The position numbers and the translations under genes are program-made. From a virus (lineage: Duplodnaviria > Caudoviricetes), in IMG/VR virus record IMGVR_UViG_3300027772_001865, positions 17,427 through 81,426 of that record: a DNA stretch of 64,000 nt; one strand, 5' to 3'. Position 1 is the stretch's first letter. Every line of letters starts with the position of its first letter. Positions 10,497-20,209 of the stretch are shown here, in pieces. The notes under the pieces were generated by a model. That model made no database searches, was not told the DNA's origin, and was given only the letters and a program-made list of their open reading frames with translations.

Positions 10497-12239
10497 ATGG
10501 CATATACAATTAATCTTACTGATGGTGCAGTTTTTGCAACAATAGCAGACGGCACGATCAATTCATCTAGTAGCATGACGCTGGTAGGTAAGAACTATGC
10601 TGGCTATGGTGAGTTTTTAGACGAGAACTTTATCCACTTGCTAGAAAATGGATCAAACACCACAGCACCTAGTGCTCCATTAACAGGACAACTTTGGTGG
10701 GATAAAACCAATAATTTACTCAAAGTTTATAACGGTACTATCTTTAAAACTATTAGTGCTGCCACCGCCAGCAGTACAGCACCCACATCAAACGTCACTG
10801 GCGACTTGTGGTACGACACCACAAACCAACAGTTAAAAGTATACACTGGTTCAAGTTTTATTGTGGTTGGTCCTGCTTATACCAGTAGCGAAGGTACCGC
10901 TGGTGCCATTCCAGGCACAGTAAATGATGCTGGAGGTTCTCCGCACTTTATTACCAGCCTGTTTGTAAACAATCAACAAATTGCTATTGTAAGTGTTGAC
11001 AGTGCATTCACTCCTGCTGCTCCTACAAACACAAATTTTCCAACAATCTATCCAGGTATCACAGTTACCAAGAGTGCTTCTAGCACATTAGCTGGCAATG
11101 TGACCAACACTGGCAATTTAACACTAAGTGCTGGTGGTGCAACTTCTGTCACTGTAACATCAACTGGTGCTAACATTGCCGGCTACTTGACTGGAACAGG
11201 CAATATCACTGGCGGTAACCTGCTGTCCGGCGGTACTGCGGTGGTCACTGGCACAATCGTTGGTGGAAACTTAGGCACAGGTGGTACTATCACTGCTACA
11301 GGAAATATCACCGGTGGTAACATTATCACTGCAGGCTCGTTTCAATCAGCCAGCATCAGTTCCTCAGGCAACGTTGACGGCGGCAATCTACGCACAGTAG
11401 GTTTGGTCACAGCTACAGGTAACGTTACCGGTGGCAACGTTATTTCGGGTGCATTGGTACAAGGTACTAACATGAGCGCAACGGCCAACGTTCAGGGTGG
11501 CAATCTACGCACAACTGGGCTGATCAGTTCTACAGGTAATATCACAAGTTCTGGTAACGTTGATGCTGTGTACTTTATTGGTAACGGTTCTGCACTGACA
11601 GGTATTAGTTCTGCCGTTTCTGTAACAAAGATTCAGAACGGTACCTCAGAAGCCAACGTTGGCGCATCAGGTGGTAACATCAACTTCAACATTGGCGGAA
11701 CATCAAATGTGATGGTGGTGTCTGGATCAGGTGTTGTGCTTACAGGATTAACAACCCCTAGTGTTGCCAAATCTGGATCAAATGCTGTGGGCAATATTGG
11801 ATCTGAAAGTAATTATTTTAATCAGGTGTTTGCCACAGCTACCACAGCATTATACGCTGACGTTGCAGAACGATTTGAAGCAGATGAAGTTATGGATCCA
11901 GGAACTGTGGTTGAACTGGGTGGAGCCAAAGAAATCACTAGATCTCGCACAGATTTAAGCGAAAATGTGTTTGGAGTGATAAGTACAAGACCAGCATTTA
12001 CCATGAATGGTGGTGCCGGCCAAAACGATACACACCCGCCAGTTGCAATGACTGGGCGTGTACCGGTCAAGGTTGTAGGACAAGTTACCAAAGGCGATCG
12101 ATTGGTCAGTGCAGGCAATGGTATTGCCCGTGCCGCACTAGCCGGTGAACCAACCCCATTTAACGTGATCGGAAGATCATTAGTGGACAAAACAACAGAT
12201 GATCTAGGCACGGTTGAAGCCATTGTAAGCATAAATTAA
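10497..12239 (+). CDS. Tail fibre-like protein with C-terminal peptidase G2-type intramolecular chaperone/autocleavage domain, 580 aa
   Basis: Ser/Thr/Gly-rich shaft with TGNITGGN repeats. The C-terminus YADVAERF...PGTVV...GVISTRPAF.MN...PVAMTGRVPVKV.G...KGDRLVSAG matches the G2/IMC pattern. Confidence 0.75.
   Translation: MAYTINLTDGAVFATIADGTINSSSSMTLVGKNYAGYGEFLDENFIHLLENGSNTTAPSAPLTGQLWWDKTNNLLKVYNGTIFKTISAATASSTAPTSNVTGDLWYDTTNQQLKVYTGSSFIVVGPAYTSSEGTAGAIPGTVNDAGGSPHFITSLFVNNQQIAIVSVDSAFTPAAPTNTNFPTIYPGITVTKSASSTLAGNVTNTGNLTLSAGGATSVTVTSTGANIAGYLTGTGNITGGNLLSGGTAVVTGTIVGGNLGTGGTITATGNITGGNIITAGSFQSASISSSGNVDGGNLRTVGLVTATGNVTGGNVISGALVQGTNMSATANVQGGNLRTTGLISSTGNITSSGNVDAVYFIGNGSALTGISSAVSVTKIQNGTSEANVGASGGNINFNIGGTSNVMVVSGSGVVLTGLTTPSVAKSGSNAVGNIGSESNYFNQVFATATTALYADVAERFEADEVMDPGTVVELGGAKEITRSRTDLSENVFGVISTRPAFTMNGGAGQNDTHPPVAMTGRVPVKVVGQVTKGDRLVSAGNGIARAALAGEPTPFNVIGRSLVDKTTDDLGTVEAIVSIN
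11185..11570 (+). repeat. In-frame fibre-shaft repeats (about 7 x (T/S)GN(I/V)xGGN, period about 16-22 aa)
   Basis: ITGGN, IVGGN, ITGGN, VDGGN, VTGGN, VQGGN and ITSSGN read in the translation. Confidence 0.7.
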
Positions 12240-12252
12240 TTAGGATAAGAAA

Positions 12253-13221
12253 ATGACATATTCAGCAGGTGGACTAATACAAGCGGTAGACTATAATGGT
12301 TTTGCCAATGACACAGGCGGTGCCAACGCCAACGGCGTCTGGGCAACTGGTAGCACAGACAGAGGATACGGGCAGTCAGCACTGGGTACTGTGGCTGCTA
12401 CAAATACTGTTACTGCCACTCAGTGGGCTAGTTTGGTCAACACTATTAGTTCAATTGCCAGTCATCAAGGCACAACAATCACTGCCAGAGCCGCACCAAC
12501 TGCTGGTAATCTTATCAGCATTTTTGCGGCACTAAGTACTGACCTAACAAACTGTACTACCAACCGCGGAAACGCAGTGGCCAATGGCACACAGTTTACT
12601 GGATGGACCGGTACCAATTCCAAAACAGCTACTACATCTGGTGCAAGCTGGACAATTACATTTACTAACACAGTGACATTTGCATCAGCAGATGCCGCAC
12701 GTTATTTCTTCAACGCAGGCGGCCGTGTTAAAATTGACGTGAGCAAAACATCAACTGGTAACACCGGCGATCCAGAATGGAATGATCTAGCCAACACATT
12801 GTGTGGTGACATTTATATTACGGGCGGTACAGCAACCCAAACAATCGCCGGATCAAGCTATACAGGAACAACCAAAGTTGGCGGCACAGGTACTCCAACT
12901 ACACTGGCAACCACAACTGGTTGGTACGACTTAACAGCTGGTGCAGGTGCAACTATCGTTTACAAACAGTTTGCTGACACTGCTCCATACACTGCTAATT
13001 TTATACAACATTCAATTGCCAAGGGTGCAGGTTCTGATACACTGGTAATCACAACACTTTGGCAGAACACTGACAGCGATCCAATTACTGGTGGCACAGC
13101 CTCAAGTGGTGCAACACCAGGCACAGCCCCAACAACTATTGTGACCTATTTTCCACCAAGCTCAACATACCTAACAACCGCTGCCTGGGGAACACCTTCG
13201 GTGGCAGCCACAACAACTTAA
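12253..13221 (+). CDS. Thr/Ala/Gly-rich virion (fibre-associated) protein, 322 aa
   Basis: Follows the fibre gene with an AGGA SD. Very Thr/Gly-rich. Last gene before the terminator. Confidence 0.55.
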   Translation: MTYSAGGLIQAVDYNGFANDTGGANANGVWATGSTDRGYGQSALGTVAATNTVTATQWASLVNTISSIASHQGTTITARAAPTAGNLISIFAALSTDLTNCTTNRGNAVANGTQFTGWTGTNSKTATTSGASWTITFTNTVTFASADAARYFFNAGGRVKIDVSKTSTGNTGDPEWNDLANTLCGDIYITGGTATQTIAGSSYTGTTKVGGTGTPTTLATTTGWYDLTAGAGATIVYKQFADTAPYTANFIQHSIAKGAGSDTLVITTLWQNTDSDPITGGTASSGATPGTAPTTIVTYFPPSSTYLTTAAWGTPSVAATTT

Positions 13222-13238
13222 TAGCTCTGTACTTCACC

Positions 13239-13265
13239 AAAAGGGCCCAAGGGCCCTTTACTTTT
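13239..13265 (+). terminator. Rho-independent terminator of the virion module
   Basis: AAAGGGCC-CAAG-GGCCCTTT 8-bp stem followed by ACTTTT. Confidence 0.8.
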
Positions 13266-13285
13266 ACCTAAAACCAGCGTATACT
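13257..13285 (+). promoter_or_regulatory. sigma70-like promoter overlapping the terminator
   Basis: TTTACT (13257-13262), 17-nt spacer, TATACT (13280-13285). Predicted +1 falls on the ATG at 13292, which has no SD. Confidence 0.5.
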
Positions 13286-13291
13286 ATCACT

Positions 13292-13597
13292 ATGGATACT
13301 GATGACTTGATTGCTCATGCACGAGCACGGTTTGATCACGTTGCCGCAAAACGTGTACTCAAAGAAAAATACGAAGCTCGTATGTTGTTTGCCTTGGCCG
13401 GAGGCATGTGGCAAGCAGGACCTAAACTGTTGACCGTATTAGCAACATGCCCAGATGAATCAGCAGTGCTATTGGATTTGTATGAAACTCCAGTACGAGT
13501 TGATGTCAGAGAGCTCGAATTGGCAGCACAACAACGTTGGCAAGAGCAAATGAATGGCTGGCTTGCCGAGCACGAAGAACTTAGAAAACAACGATGA
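13292..13597 (+). CDS. Hypothetical protein, 101 aa (first gene of the modification cluster)
   Basis: ATG start and ATGA coupling to the next gene. Function not recognised. Confidence 0.7.
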   Translation: MDTDDLIAHARARFDHVAAKRVLKEKYEARMLFALAGGMWQAGPKLLTVLATCPDESAVLLDLYETPVRVDVRELELAAQQRWQEQMNGWLAEHEELRKQR

Positions 13598-14424
13598 CCC
13601 AGGGTGTTCTGATATTTGCCTTCAACAATGAAGAAACAGACTACCTTGCTATGGCTGAATGGAGTGCTGGCAATATTCGTCGTCATTTGAACTTGCCTAC
13701 AAGTGTGGTTACCAATACAGAATATACAGGCACAGCATTTGATCATGTGATACGGGCTGACGCTGAGTCAGGTGGCACACGATACTTTGAAGACTACAAC
13801 AGCACTGTGACCTGGCACAATGCCGGGCGTGTTGACGCATACCGCTTGACACCCTACGATCAAACCATTGTGCTGGATGCAGACTATGTTGTAGCCAGTA
13901 ACAATCTAAAACGTTTGTTAAATGCCAATCAAGACTTCCTGTGTCATAGGCTAGCATTTGACCTAGCAGGACAAACTGACATGCGTGGCCTAAACACATT
14001 TGGTAACTATGACATGCCCATGTGGTGGGCCACAGTGATGATGTTTCGTAAGAGTAACACAGCACAATACATTTTTGATTCAATGCAAATGGTGCGCGAC
14101 AACTGGCAGCACTACAGAGATCTTTACAATATTGATCGTGCCACATACCGCAACGATTTTGCACTGAGCATTGCCCTGGGCATTGTAAGCGGACACACAA
14201 TGAAAGTGGATGAAATACCCTGGGCACTGGCCAGCGTCATGCCCAACACACAATTAATGAGATGGATTGACACAGATTCGTATATAATAACATATACAGA
14301 CAGTGATCAAAAACTCAAGCACATGAGCTTTGAAGGCTTGGACTTTCACGCCATGGGCAAAAAACATCTAGGAGACATCGTTGAAACCGATCGCCGAACA
14401 AGGCTACTTGATAGTAGCAATTAA
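13594..14424 (+). CDS. GT-A fold glycosyltransferase-like protein (GT8-like), 276 aa
   Basis: TIVLDADY DxD motif, MWWATVMMF segment and RNDFALSIAL, as in nucleotide-diphospho-sugar transferases. Confidence 0.65.
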   Translation: MTQGVLIFAFNNEETDYLAMAEWSAGNIRRHLNLPTSVVTNTEYTGTAFDHVIRADAESGGTRYFEDYNSTVTWHNAGRVDAYRLTPYDQTIVLDADYVVASNNLKRLLNANQDFLCHRLAFDLAGQTDMRGLNTFGNYDMPMWWATVMMFRKSNTAQYIFDSMQMVRDNWQHYRDLYNIDRATYRNDFALSIALGIVSGHTMKVDEIPWALASVMPNTQLMRWIDTDSYIITYTDSDQKLKHMSFEGLDFHAMGKKHLGDIVETDRRTRLLDSSN

Positions 14425-15169
14425 CACCGCCAGTACCAACTATGTAGGCTGTGCTGAAACACTGGCTAAAACAATAAAGTATTGGCACCCTGATGCGCAA
14501 ATTTGCTTACTAACCAATGCTACAGATGCCAGCAATCTGTCGCTGTTTGACTATGTGCGTGAGTTTCCGTTTCCTATCAACTTAGACAATCCCTGGGCCA
14601 ATGACTGGCAAGTGTTTCGAGCAACACCGTTTCGTGAAACAATCAAGCTGGAAGCAGACATGATGATCACCAGTCCTATTGATCATTGGTGGACCATGTT
14701 GCGCAACCGTGATGTTGTTGTGTCAACTGGCTGCAGGGATTGGCGAGACCAACGTGCAGTGAGCAGACACTATAGAAAAGTATTTGATGCCAACTCATTA
14801 CCGGATGTATACAATGCCATCACCTACTGGAGACTAAGCCAAACAGCCAAGGAGTTCTTTGATACTGTACGCACTATCTTTGAAAACTGGGCAGACTATC
14901 GCAAACTCATAAAGTTTCCCGAAGATGTGCCCTCAACTGATCTGGTGTATGCCATGGCAGCCAACATCATTGGCTCAGAACTTTGTACTATGCCATTTGC
15001 TAGTTATCCGCAGATCATACATATGAAACGGCACCATGCAGGCAGCCAAACTGAAGCATGGTTAAACGAGTTTGTGCTTGAGTACAAAAACTACATGACT
15101 AGAATAAACACCATTGCGCAGTGGGGAGCCTTACATTACAGGGTCAAGGAGTGGACACATGACAGATGA
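14381..15169 (+). CDS. GT-A fold glycosyltransferase-like protein, paralog of 13594 gene, 262 aa
   Basis: TTG start with GGAGA SD. TIKLEADM (ExD), YNAITYWR and STDLVYAMA align with the upstream paralog. Confidence 0.6.
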   Translation: MKPIAEQGYLIVAINTASTNYVGCAETLAKTIKYWHPDAQICLLTNATDASNLSLFDYVREFPFPINLDNPWANDWQVFRATPFRETIKLEADMMITSPIDHWWTMLRNRDVVVSTGCRDWRDQRAVSRHYRKVFDANSLPDVYNAITYWRLSQTAKEFFDTVRTIFENWADYRKLIKFPEDVPSTDLVYAMAANIIGSELCTMPFASYPQIIHMKRHHAGSQTEAWLNEFVLEYKNYMTRINTIAQWGALHYRVKEWTHDR

Positions 15170-15500
15170 AGAATTTTGGCAAGCTCTAAGAGACATGCCC
15201 GAGCCCAAACCTGTGTTCTATCGACTATATTACAACGAACAAGGCGAGCCCTTATTCTATAGCATGGAAGATGTTCCAGGTACATACTTGACTATTGACG
15301 CAGATGCATTTACTCGTAGTGCAACCAATGTTGTGGTGCAGGATGGCAAACTGTTTGAAATCGTCAACACCACCACTGTTAAATTATACCCTGGCGATAC
15401 GGGTATACCTTGCCACCCCGATGATGTGTGCATAGTGGTACCCGAAACACAAGAACACCAAAGATGGAGCAAACAAAGACATGGCCTTAAACCAAATTGA
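15159..15500 (+). CDS. Hypothetical protein, 113 aa
   Basis: Start moved to the ATG at 15159 (AAGGAG SD upstream). Overlaps both neighbours. Confidence 0.65.
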   Translation: MTDEEFWQALRDMPEPKPVFYRLYYNEQGEPLFYSMEDVPGTYLTIDADAFTRSATNVVVQDGKLFEIVNTTTVKLYPGDTGIPCHPDDVCIVVPETQEHQRWSKQRHGLKPN

Positions 15501-16413
15501 TGTAGCAGACCTAGACTGCATTTACTTGACTTATGATGAACCGCAGAAAGAAGAATTCTGGGTAAAGATACGCAACATGGTACCCTGGGCCAAGCGTGTG
15601 GATGGAGTCAAAGGATCAGACGCCGCACACAAGGCTGCCGCTGCCGCTAGCGACACAGAGCGGTTCATATTGATCGACGGCGACAACATGCCCGATCCAG
15701 AGTTCTTCAATCAAACCATAACATTTGCCACAGCAGATTATGAACAAGCTGTGTTCCGTTGGAGAGCACGTAATCACATCAATGGACTCATGTACGGCAA
15801 CGGCGGCCTGAGTTCCTGGACTAGAACGTTTGTGAACAACATGCGCACACACGAAGCCACAGACGGTCGCACAGAAACTGAAGTAGAGTTTTGTTTTGAT
15901 CCGTTATACTGGCCCATGTATGACTGCTACTCTACAACATATCCCAATGGAGATGCGTTCCACGCCTGGCGGGCGGGCTTTCGTGAAGGTGTAAAGATGT
16001 GCCTGAACAAAGGCGCCAAACCCACAGTAGAAGCATTCAAAGAACAAGCACACCGGAAGAACCTAGAGAACTTGACCATCTGGCACAACGTGGGCACAGA
16101 TGTTGAGTACGGCGAATGGGCTGTAGCAGGTGCACGACAAGGCACCTACATGACCATGCTCACAAACTGGGATCATCGTCAAGTACAATGGTTTGATGCT
16201 CTAGAAGAATTATGGGCCACAGTCAAAGACAGTCAGCCAAGACTGATCAGTAATCAACTTGGCGTTGATCTAGGTACGCAGTTGGATCTACCTATGGCCA
16301 TACTAGAGCAAGAACAAAGCGCATTTTTTAAACGTCACTATCGTAGCAATTGGCACAACCAAGGTGCCATGGTCAGGGAAATTGATGTGATACGCCGTCA
16401 AGAAGGTTGGTAA
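15481..16413 (+). CDS. Glycosyltransferase-like protein (GT-A, DGD motif), 310 aa
   Basis: RVDGVKGSDAAHKAAA...RFILIDGDN...NGLMYGNGG...AWRAGFREGVK. Homologous to the C-terminal domain of the 38257 gene. Confidence 0.6.
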   Translation: MALNQIDVADLDCIYLTYDEPQKEEFWVKIRNMVPWAKRVDGVKGSDAAHKAAAAASDTERFILIDGDNMPDPEFFNQTITFATADYEQAVFRWRARNHINGLMYGNGGLSSWTRTFVNNMRTHEATDGRTETEVEFCFDPLYWPMYDCYSTTYPNGDAFHAWRAGFREGVKMCLNKGAKPTVEAFKEQAHRKNLENLTIWHNVGTDVEYGEWAVAGARQGTYMTMLTNWDHRQVQWFDALEELWATVKDSQPRLISNQLGVDLGTQLDLPMAILEQEQSAFFKRHYRSNWHNQGAMVREIDVIRRQEGW

Positions 16414-17798
16414 TGAGCAAAGGTGATCAAAGCCGATTTATGACATCAGCGGAGCAAATGAAGCAGGATCTTGGTCCTGCACTGTGCTTGGCAAAATGGA
16501 AACAGGTTAGTTTTCACTTGCCTACAGGACTGAACAATAGCTGTTATCACCCGCCCTTGCATCAGATCACCGCAGATGATCTATCTCGTCCTGGTGGCCT
16601 ACACAATACTGCACATAAAAAACAACAACGTTTGATGATGTTGCAAGGCAAAAAGCCCACAGAGTGTCAGTATTGCTGGAACATGGAAAACCTGGACAAG
16701 CTGAGTGATCGGCATTATAGATCAGGAGAACCCTGGGCAGCCGTGGACCTTGAACGCATAAAGAACTCCTCGGGACAGGAAGATGATGTTGTGCCTAGTT
16801 ATGTGGAGGTGAATTTTAATCATGCTTGTAATCTAAAGTGTAGTTATTGTAGTCCACAATTTAGCTCAAGTTGGGGTGATGAAATAGAACGCCTAGGTGC
16901 TTATCCCACATCAAAACCACACAATGCACCCGAACACTTTGTAGGAAACCGCAAACCTATTCCTGCTAGAGAAACTAATCCATATGTTGACGCATTCTGG
17001 GAATGGTGGCCTACTTTGTACCCACAGTTGGTACACTTTCGAATGACAGGCGGTGAGCCATTGATGGATCGAAACACCTATAGAGTTTTTGATTATGTTC
17101 TAGAACACGACAACCCTCAACTGCATTTAAATGTAACTTCAAACTTTTCAGTAGAGGACGCATTGTTTGAAAAATACATGGACTACGCAAAGAAATTATG
17201 CACACCACGCATTGAACACTTCATGCAGTATGTTAGTCTAGATTCTGGAGTTCCATTGCAAGCTGAGTATCTAAGGCATGGATTAGACTATGCACGAATG
17301 GCTCGCAATGTTGAAAGATTTTTGCATGAAATACCACATCGTAATAGCTTGACATTTATCATCACCATGAACAATCTCACCGTGACTGGATTACCAGCTT
17401 TACTGGAATGGATACTAGAATTACGTAAAAAGCATTCAACTACATATCAACGTGTGTGGTTTGATACTCCTGTGCTACGCGAACCGGCTTGGCAGAGTTT
17501 ACAACTTTTGCCCGAAAGCTATGCTGTACAACTAGAACGAGCAAGAGACTTCATGCTGGCCAACATGGTCACAGAGTCTGATCCTTTACACGGATTCAAA
17601 GACTATGAAGTACAACGACTAGAGCGAGACATTGCTTGGATGCGTGAAGGACAGCTAAAAGATAACACAGTGGCCAAGGCAGATTTTTACAGATTTTTTA
17701 ACGAACACGATCAACGTCGTGGCACAGACTTTTTAATTGCTTTCCCGGTCATGAGATCCTGGTGGGCAGAATGTGAGTATCATGCTAGGAACACATAA
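16413..17798 (+). CDS. Radical SAM protein with N-terminal twitch-like module, 461 aa
   Basis: CNLKCSYC and MTGGEP, with N-terminal CLAKW...SCYHPP...CQYCW. TAATG coupling gives the start at 16413. Confidence 0.85.
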   Translation: MSKGDQSRFMTSAEQMKQDLGPALCLAKWKQVSFHLPTGLNNSCYHPPLHQITADDLSRPGGLHNTAHKKQQRLMMLQGKKPTECQYCWNMENLDKLSDRHYRSGEPWAAVDLERIKNSSGQEDDVVPSYVEVNFNHACNLKCSYCSPQFSSSWGDEIERLGAYPTSKPHNAPEHFVGNRKPIPARETNPYVDAFWEWWPTLYPQLVHFRMTGGEPLMDRNTYRVFDYVLEHDNPQLHLNVTSNFSVEDALFEKYMDYAKKLCTPRIEHFMQYVSLDSGVPLQAEYLRHGLDYARMARNVERFLHEIPHRNSLTFIITMNNLTVTGLPALLEWILELRKKHSTTYQRVWFDTPVLREPAWQSLQLLPESYAVQLERARDFMLANMVTESDPLHGFKDYEVQRLERDIAWMREGQLKDNTVAKADFYRFFNEHDQRRGTDFLIAFPVMRSWWAECEYHARNT

Positions 17799-18906
17799 GA
17801 TTGTTGTTGACGAATGGTCAGAAGTGTGGGACTTGCTCAAGCCCTATGCAGATGAATCGTTTTGGCAACTGCCTGATTTAAATCCTGAAAACATCTACAT
17901 TGTTGGCCGGCTACTTTTAAAAGACAACTGGACAGCAATAACCACCTGGGCCACAGAACATCCTGGACGCATTGTGTTTTGCAATCCAGCAGAAGGCAGC
18001 GAAACAGTGTTGCTACAACTACGGCGGTTGCGCATTGCAGACTATGTGCGTGATGGTCGCATACTGTTAATGACATCCGGAGACCTGGAACCAGGGTGGA
18101 ATCATTTCAGTACGGATTGTTACTTTTCAAACATTGTGGAATACCAGGAAAACAGAGCGGCGCAGATACAAGCGTTATGGGAGTACTCAGATCAACGACC
18201 CTATAATTTTTTGTTTTTAAATGGGCGTTTACGCCCGCATCGTAAATGTTTAATTGATGGTCTTCGTCAGCACAAACTGTTGAATCATGCACTGTGGTCT
18301 AATCTAGGTAGCACAGTAGAAATGGAATTTACATCCAAGCTCGAGCCAGACAAACAGGAGCCCATAAGATTACTGCCGCCCGAGTATGAAATAGAACGTG
18401 CTGTGACACAATTAACTACTATGAGTACCACGGGCTTTGTCAAGCATGAACTATTTGGCAACACCTGGGGAGATGCTGTGGTTAATCCACGGTGTTATAC
18501 CGACACCTGGTTTAGTCTAGTAACAGAAACCATATTTGATTATCCGCACTCATTTAGAACAGAAAAGATCTACAAACCTATTTTAATGGCACATCCATTT
18601 GTGGTTGCTGCCAATTATGGTTATCTTCGAGACTTACGCAATGCTGGCTTTCAAACATTTGACAGTATCATAGATGAATCGTACGACCAAATTGATTGCC
18701 CGCATGCCAGGATCAAGCGTATAATAGAAACAGTACGTTATCTTGTGAAGGGTGACTCTGAATATTTCTGGGAGGTCAGCCGCGACATCTGTAAATACAA
18801 TCAGCAACATCTTGTGGAGTACAACCAGCAACAACGTGCTCTGCTCCCACAACAGTTAGAGCAATTTTTAAATGAACGATCTAGAATTCCGTCAACAACA
18901 TCTTGA
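17782..18906 (+). CDS. GT-B/GT10-like putative glycosyltransferase, about 374 aa
   Basis: FLNGRLRPHR, then FSLVTET...TEKIYKP...HPF...LRDLRNAGFQTFD...DESYD. This C-terminal motif is shared with three paralogs. An alternative GTG start is at 17773. Confidence 0.5.
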   Translation: MLGTHKIVVDEWSEVWDLLKPYADESFWQLPDLNPENIYIVGRLLLKDNWTAITTWATEHPGRIVFCNPAEGSETVLLQLRRLRIADYVRDGRILLMTSGDLEPGWNHFSTDCYFSNIVEYQENRAAQIQALWEYSDQRPYNFLFLNGRLRPHRKCLIDGLRQHKLLNHALWSNLGSTVEMEFTSKLEPDKQEPIRLLPPEYEIERAVTQLTTMSTTGFVKHELFGNTWGDAVVNPRCYTDTWFSLVTETIFDYPHSFRTEKIYKPILMAHPFVVAANYGYLRDLRNAGFQTFDSIIDESYDQIDCPHARIKRIIETVRYLVKGDSEYFWEVSRDICKYNQQHLVEYNQQQRALLPQQLEQFLNERSRIPSTTS

Positions 18907-20209
18907 TACCAAGTCAGCTAGCTTTTGTGCCGCCAAGTGGTACAATGCTACCATATGGCTGGGATCGGGACAAACCACAAGTTGTCACCATCCTCCAGCA
19001 CATCATGTGACTGAAAAAGAAGTAATCATTAATCCTGCTGCCTTGCACAATACTCGACAAAAACGTGATGATCGTGCAAAAATGCTAGCAGGCGAACGTC
19101 CAGCAGGCTGTGAGTACTGCTGGAAGATTGAAGACATGGGCCGCAACGCCATTAGCGACCGTGTGTACAAATCACGAATATATCCTATAGAAGCATTAAA
19201 TGAAGCATTTACCACACCTGTACATGAAGATGTCAACCTACGCACCTTGGAAATTGCTTTTGATCGCACTTGCCAGCTTGCTTGCAGTTATTGTAATCCT
19301 GCATTTTCAAGCACCTGGGTCAATGATATCAAGCGACATGGACCTTATATCAAGCTGGAGTCAGATGGTCGCAACCACTTTACTCATGAGCATAATAGTG
19401 CTCAACTTTATAAATTCGGTGAGGATAATCCTTACGTCAACGCCTTCTTTGAATGGTGGGAAAAAGACCTCCATAGAACCTTACAAGAACTAAGAATCAC
19501 AGGCGGAGAGCCGCTAATGAGTGGTTACACCTGGAAGTTGATTGACTGGTTTAAACTGAATCAAGGCAAGTCAAGCACAAAACTAGCCATTAACTCAAAT
19601 CTTAGTTTTGAAACTGAAAAACTGCAAGAGTTCATTGAAGCTATTCGGCCACTGCCGCATGTGGAACTGTACACCAGTATGGAAGCCACGGGTGTATCAG
19701 CAGAGTATATACGTGATGGTCTGAACTATGCACAATGGCTCTCAAATGTCGACTTGTTGTTGCAGAGTAACACAGTAAAAGCAGTGCATGTGATGTGTAC
19801 AATCAATGCATTATGCTTGCCAACACTGCCTGCACTGTTAGATCAATTGCTGGAAATAAAACGCACACACGGTCGTGACCGTGTGAACTTTACGTTAAAT
19901 ATCTTACGCTTTCCCAGTTTTCAATCTGCACTTGTGATGCCAGTTAAACTGCGGGACCAATTCCGTGTGACACTAGAAACTTGGCTTGCTGTCAATCAAA
20001 CCAATCCCTTGTTGCACGAACACGAAATAAATCATACACAACGCTTGATTGATTATTTAGACATAGTTAAAACTCCGCATTCAGACACATTTGAAATGCC
20101 TAAGCTACACAATGATTTCAAACAGTTTTATTCGCAATACGACCAACGCAGAAACAAAAGGTTTGTCGATGTATTTCCCAACTTAAAAGAATGGTTTAAC
20201 TTATTATGA
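18872..20209 (+). CDS. Radical SAM protein with N-terminal twitch-like module, 445 aa
   Basis: CQLACSYC and ITGGEP, with CAAKW...SCHHPP...CEYCW. Confidence 0.85.
   Translation: MNDLEFRQQHLDTKSASFCAAKWYNATIWLGSGQTTSCHHPPAHHVTEKEVIINPAALHNTRQKRDDRAKMLAGERPAGCEYCWKIEDMGRNAISDRVYKSRIYPIEALNEAFTTPVHEDVNLRTLEIAFDRTCQLACSYCNPAFSSTWVNDIKRHGPYIKLESDGRNHFTHEHNSAQLYKFGEDNPYVNAFFEWWEKDLHRTLQELRITGGEPLMSGYTWKLIDWFKLNQGKSSTKLAINSNLSFETEKLQEFIEAIRPLPHVELYTSMEATGVSAEYIRDGLNYAQWLSNVDLLLQSNTVKAVHVMCTINALCLPTLPALLDQLLEIKRTHGRDRVNFTLNILRFPSFQSALVMPVKLRDQFRVTLETWLAVNQTNPLLHEHEINHTQRLIDYLDIVKTPHSDTFEMPKLHNDFKQFYSQYDQRRNKRFVDVFPNLKEWFNLL

Noticed and set aside
13336-14227. 136-aa and 172-aa minus-strand ORFs
   Set aside because: Antisense to coupled + strand genes, with unnatural Cys/Ser-rich composition.
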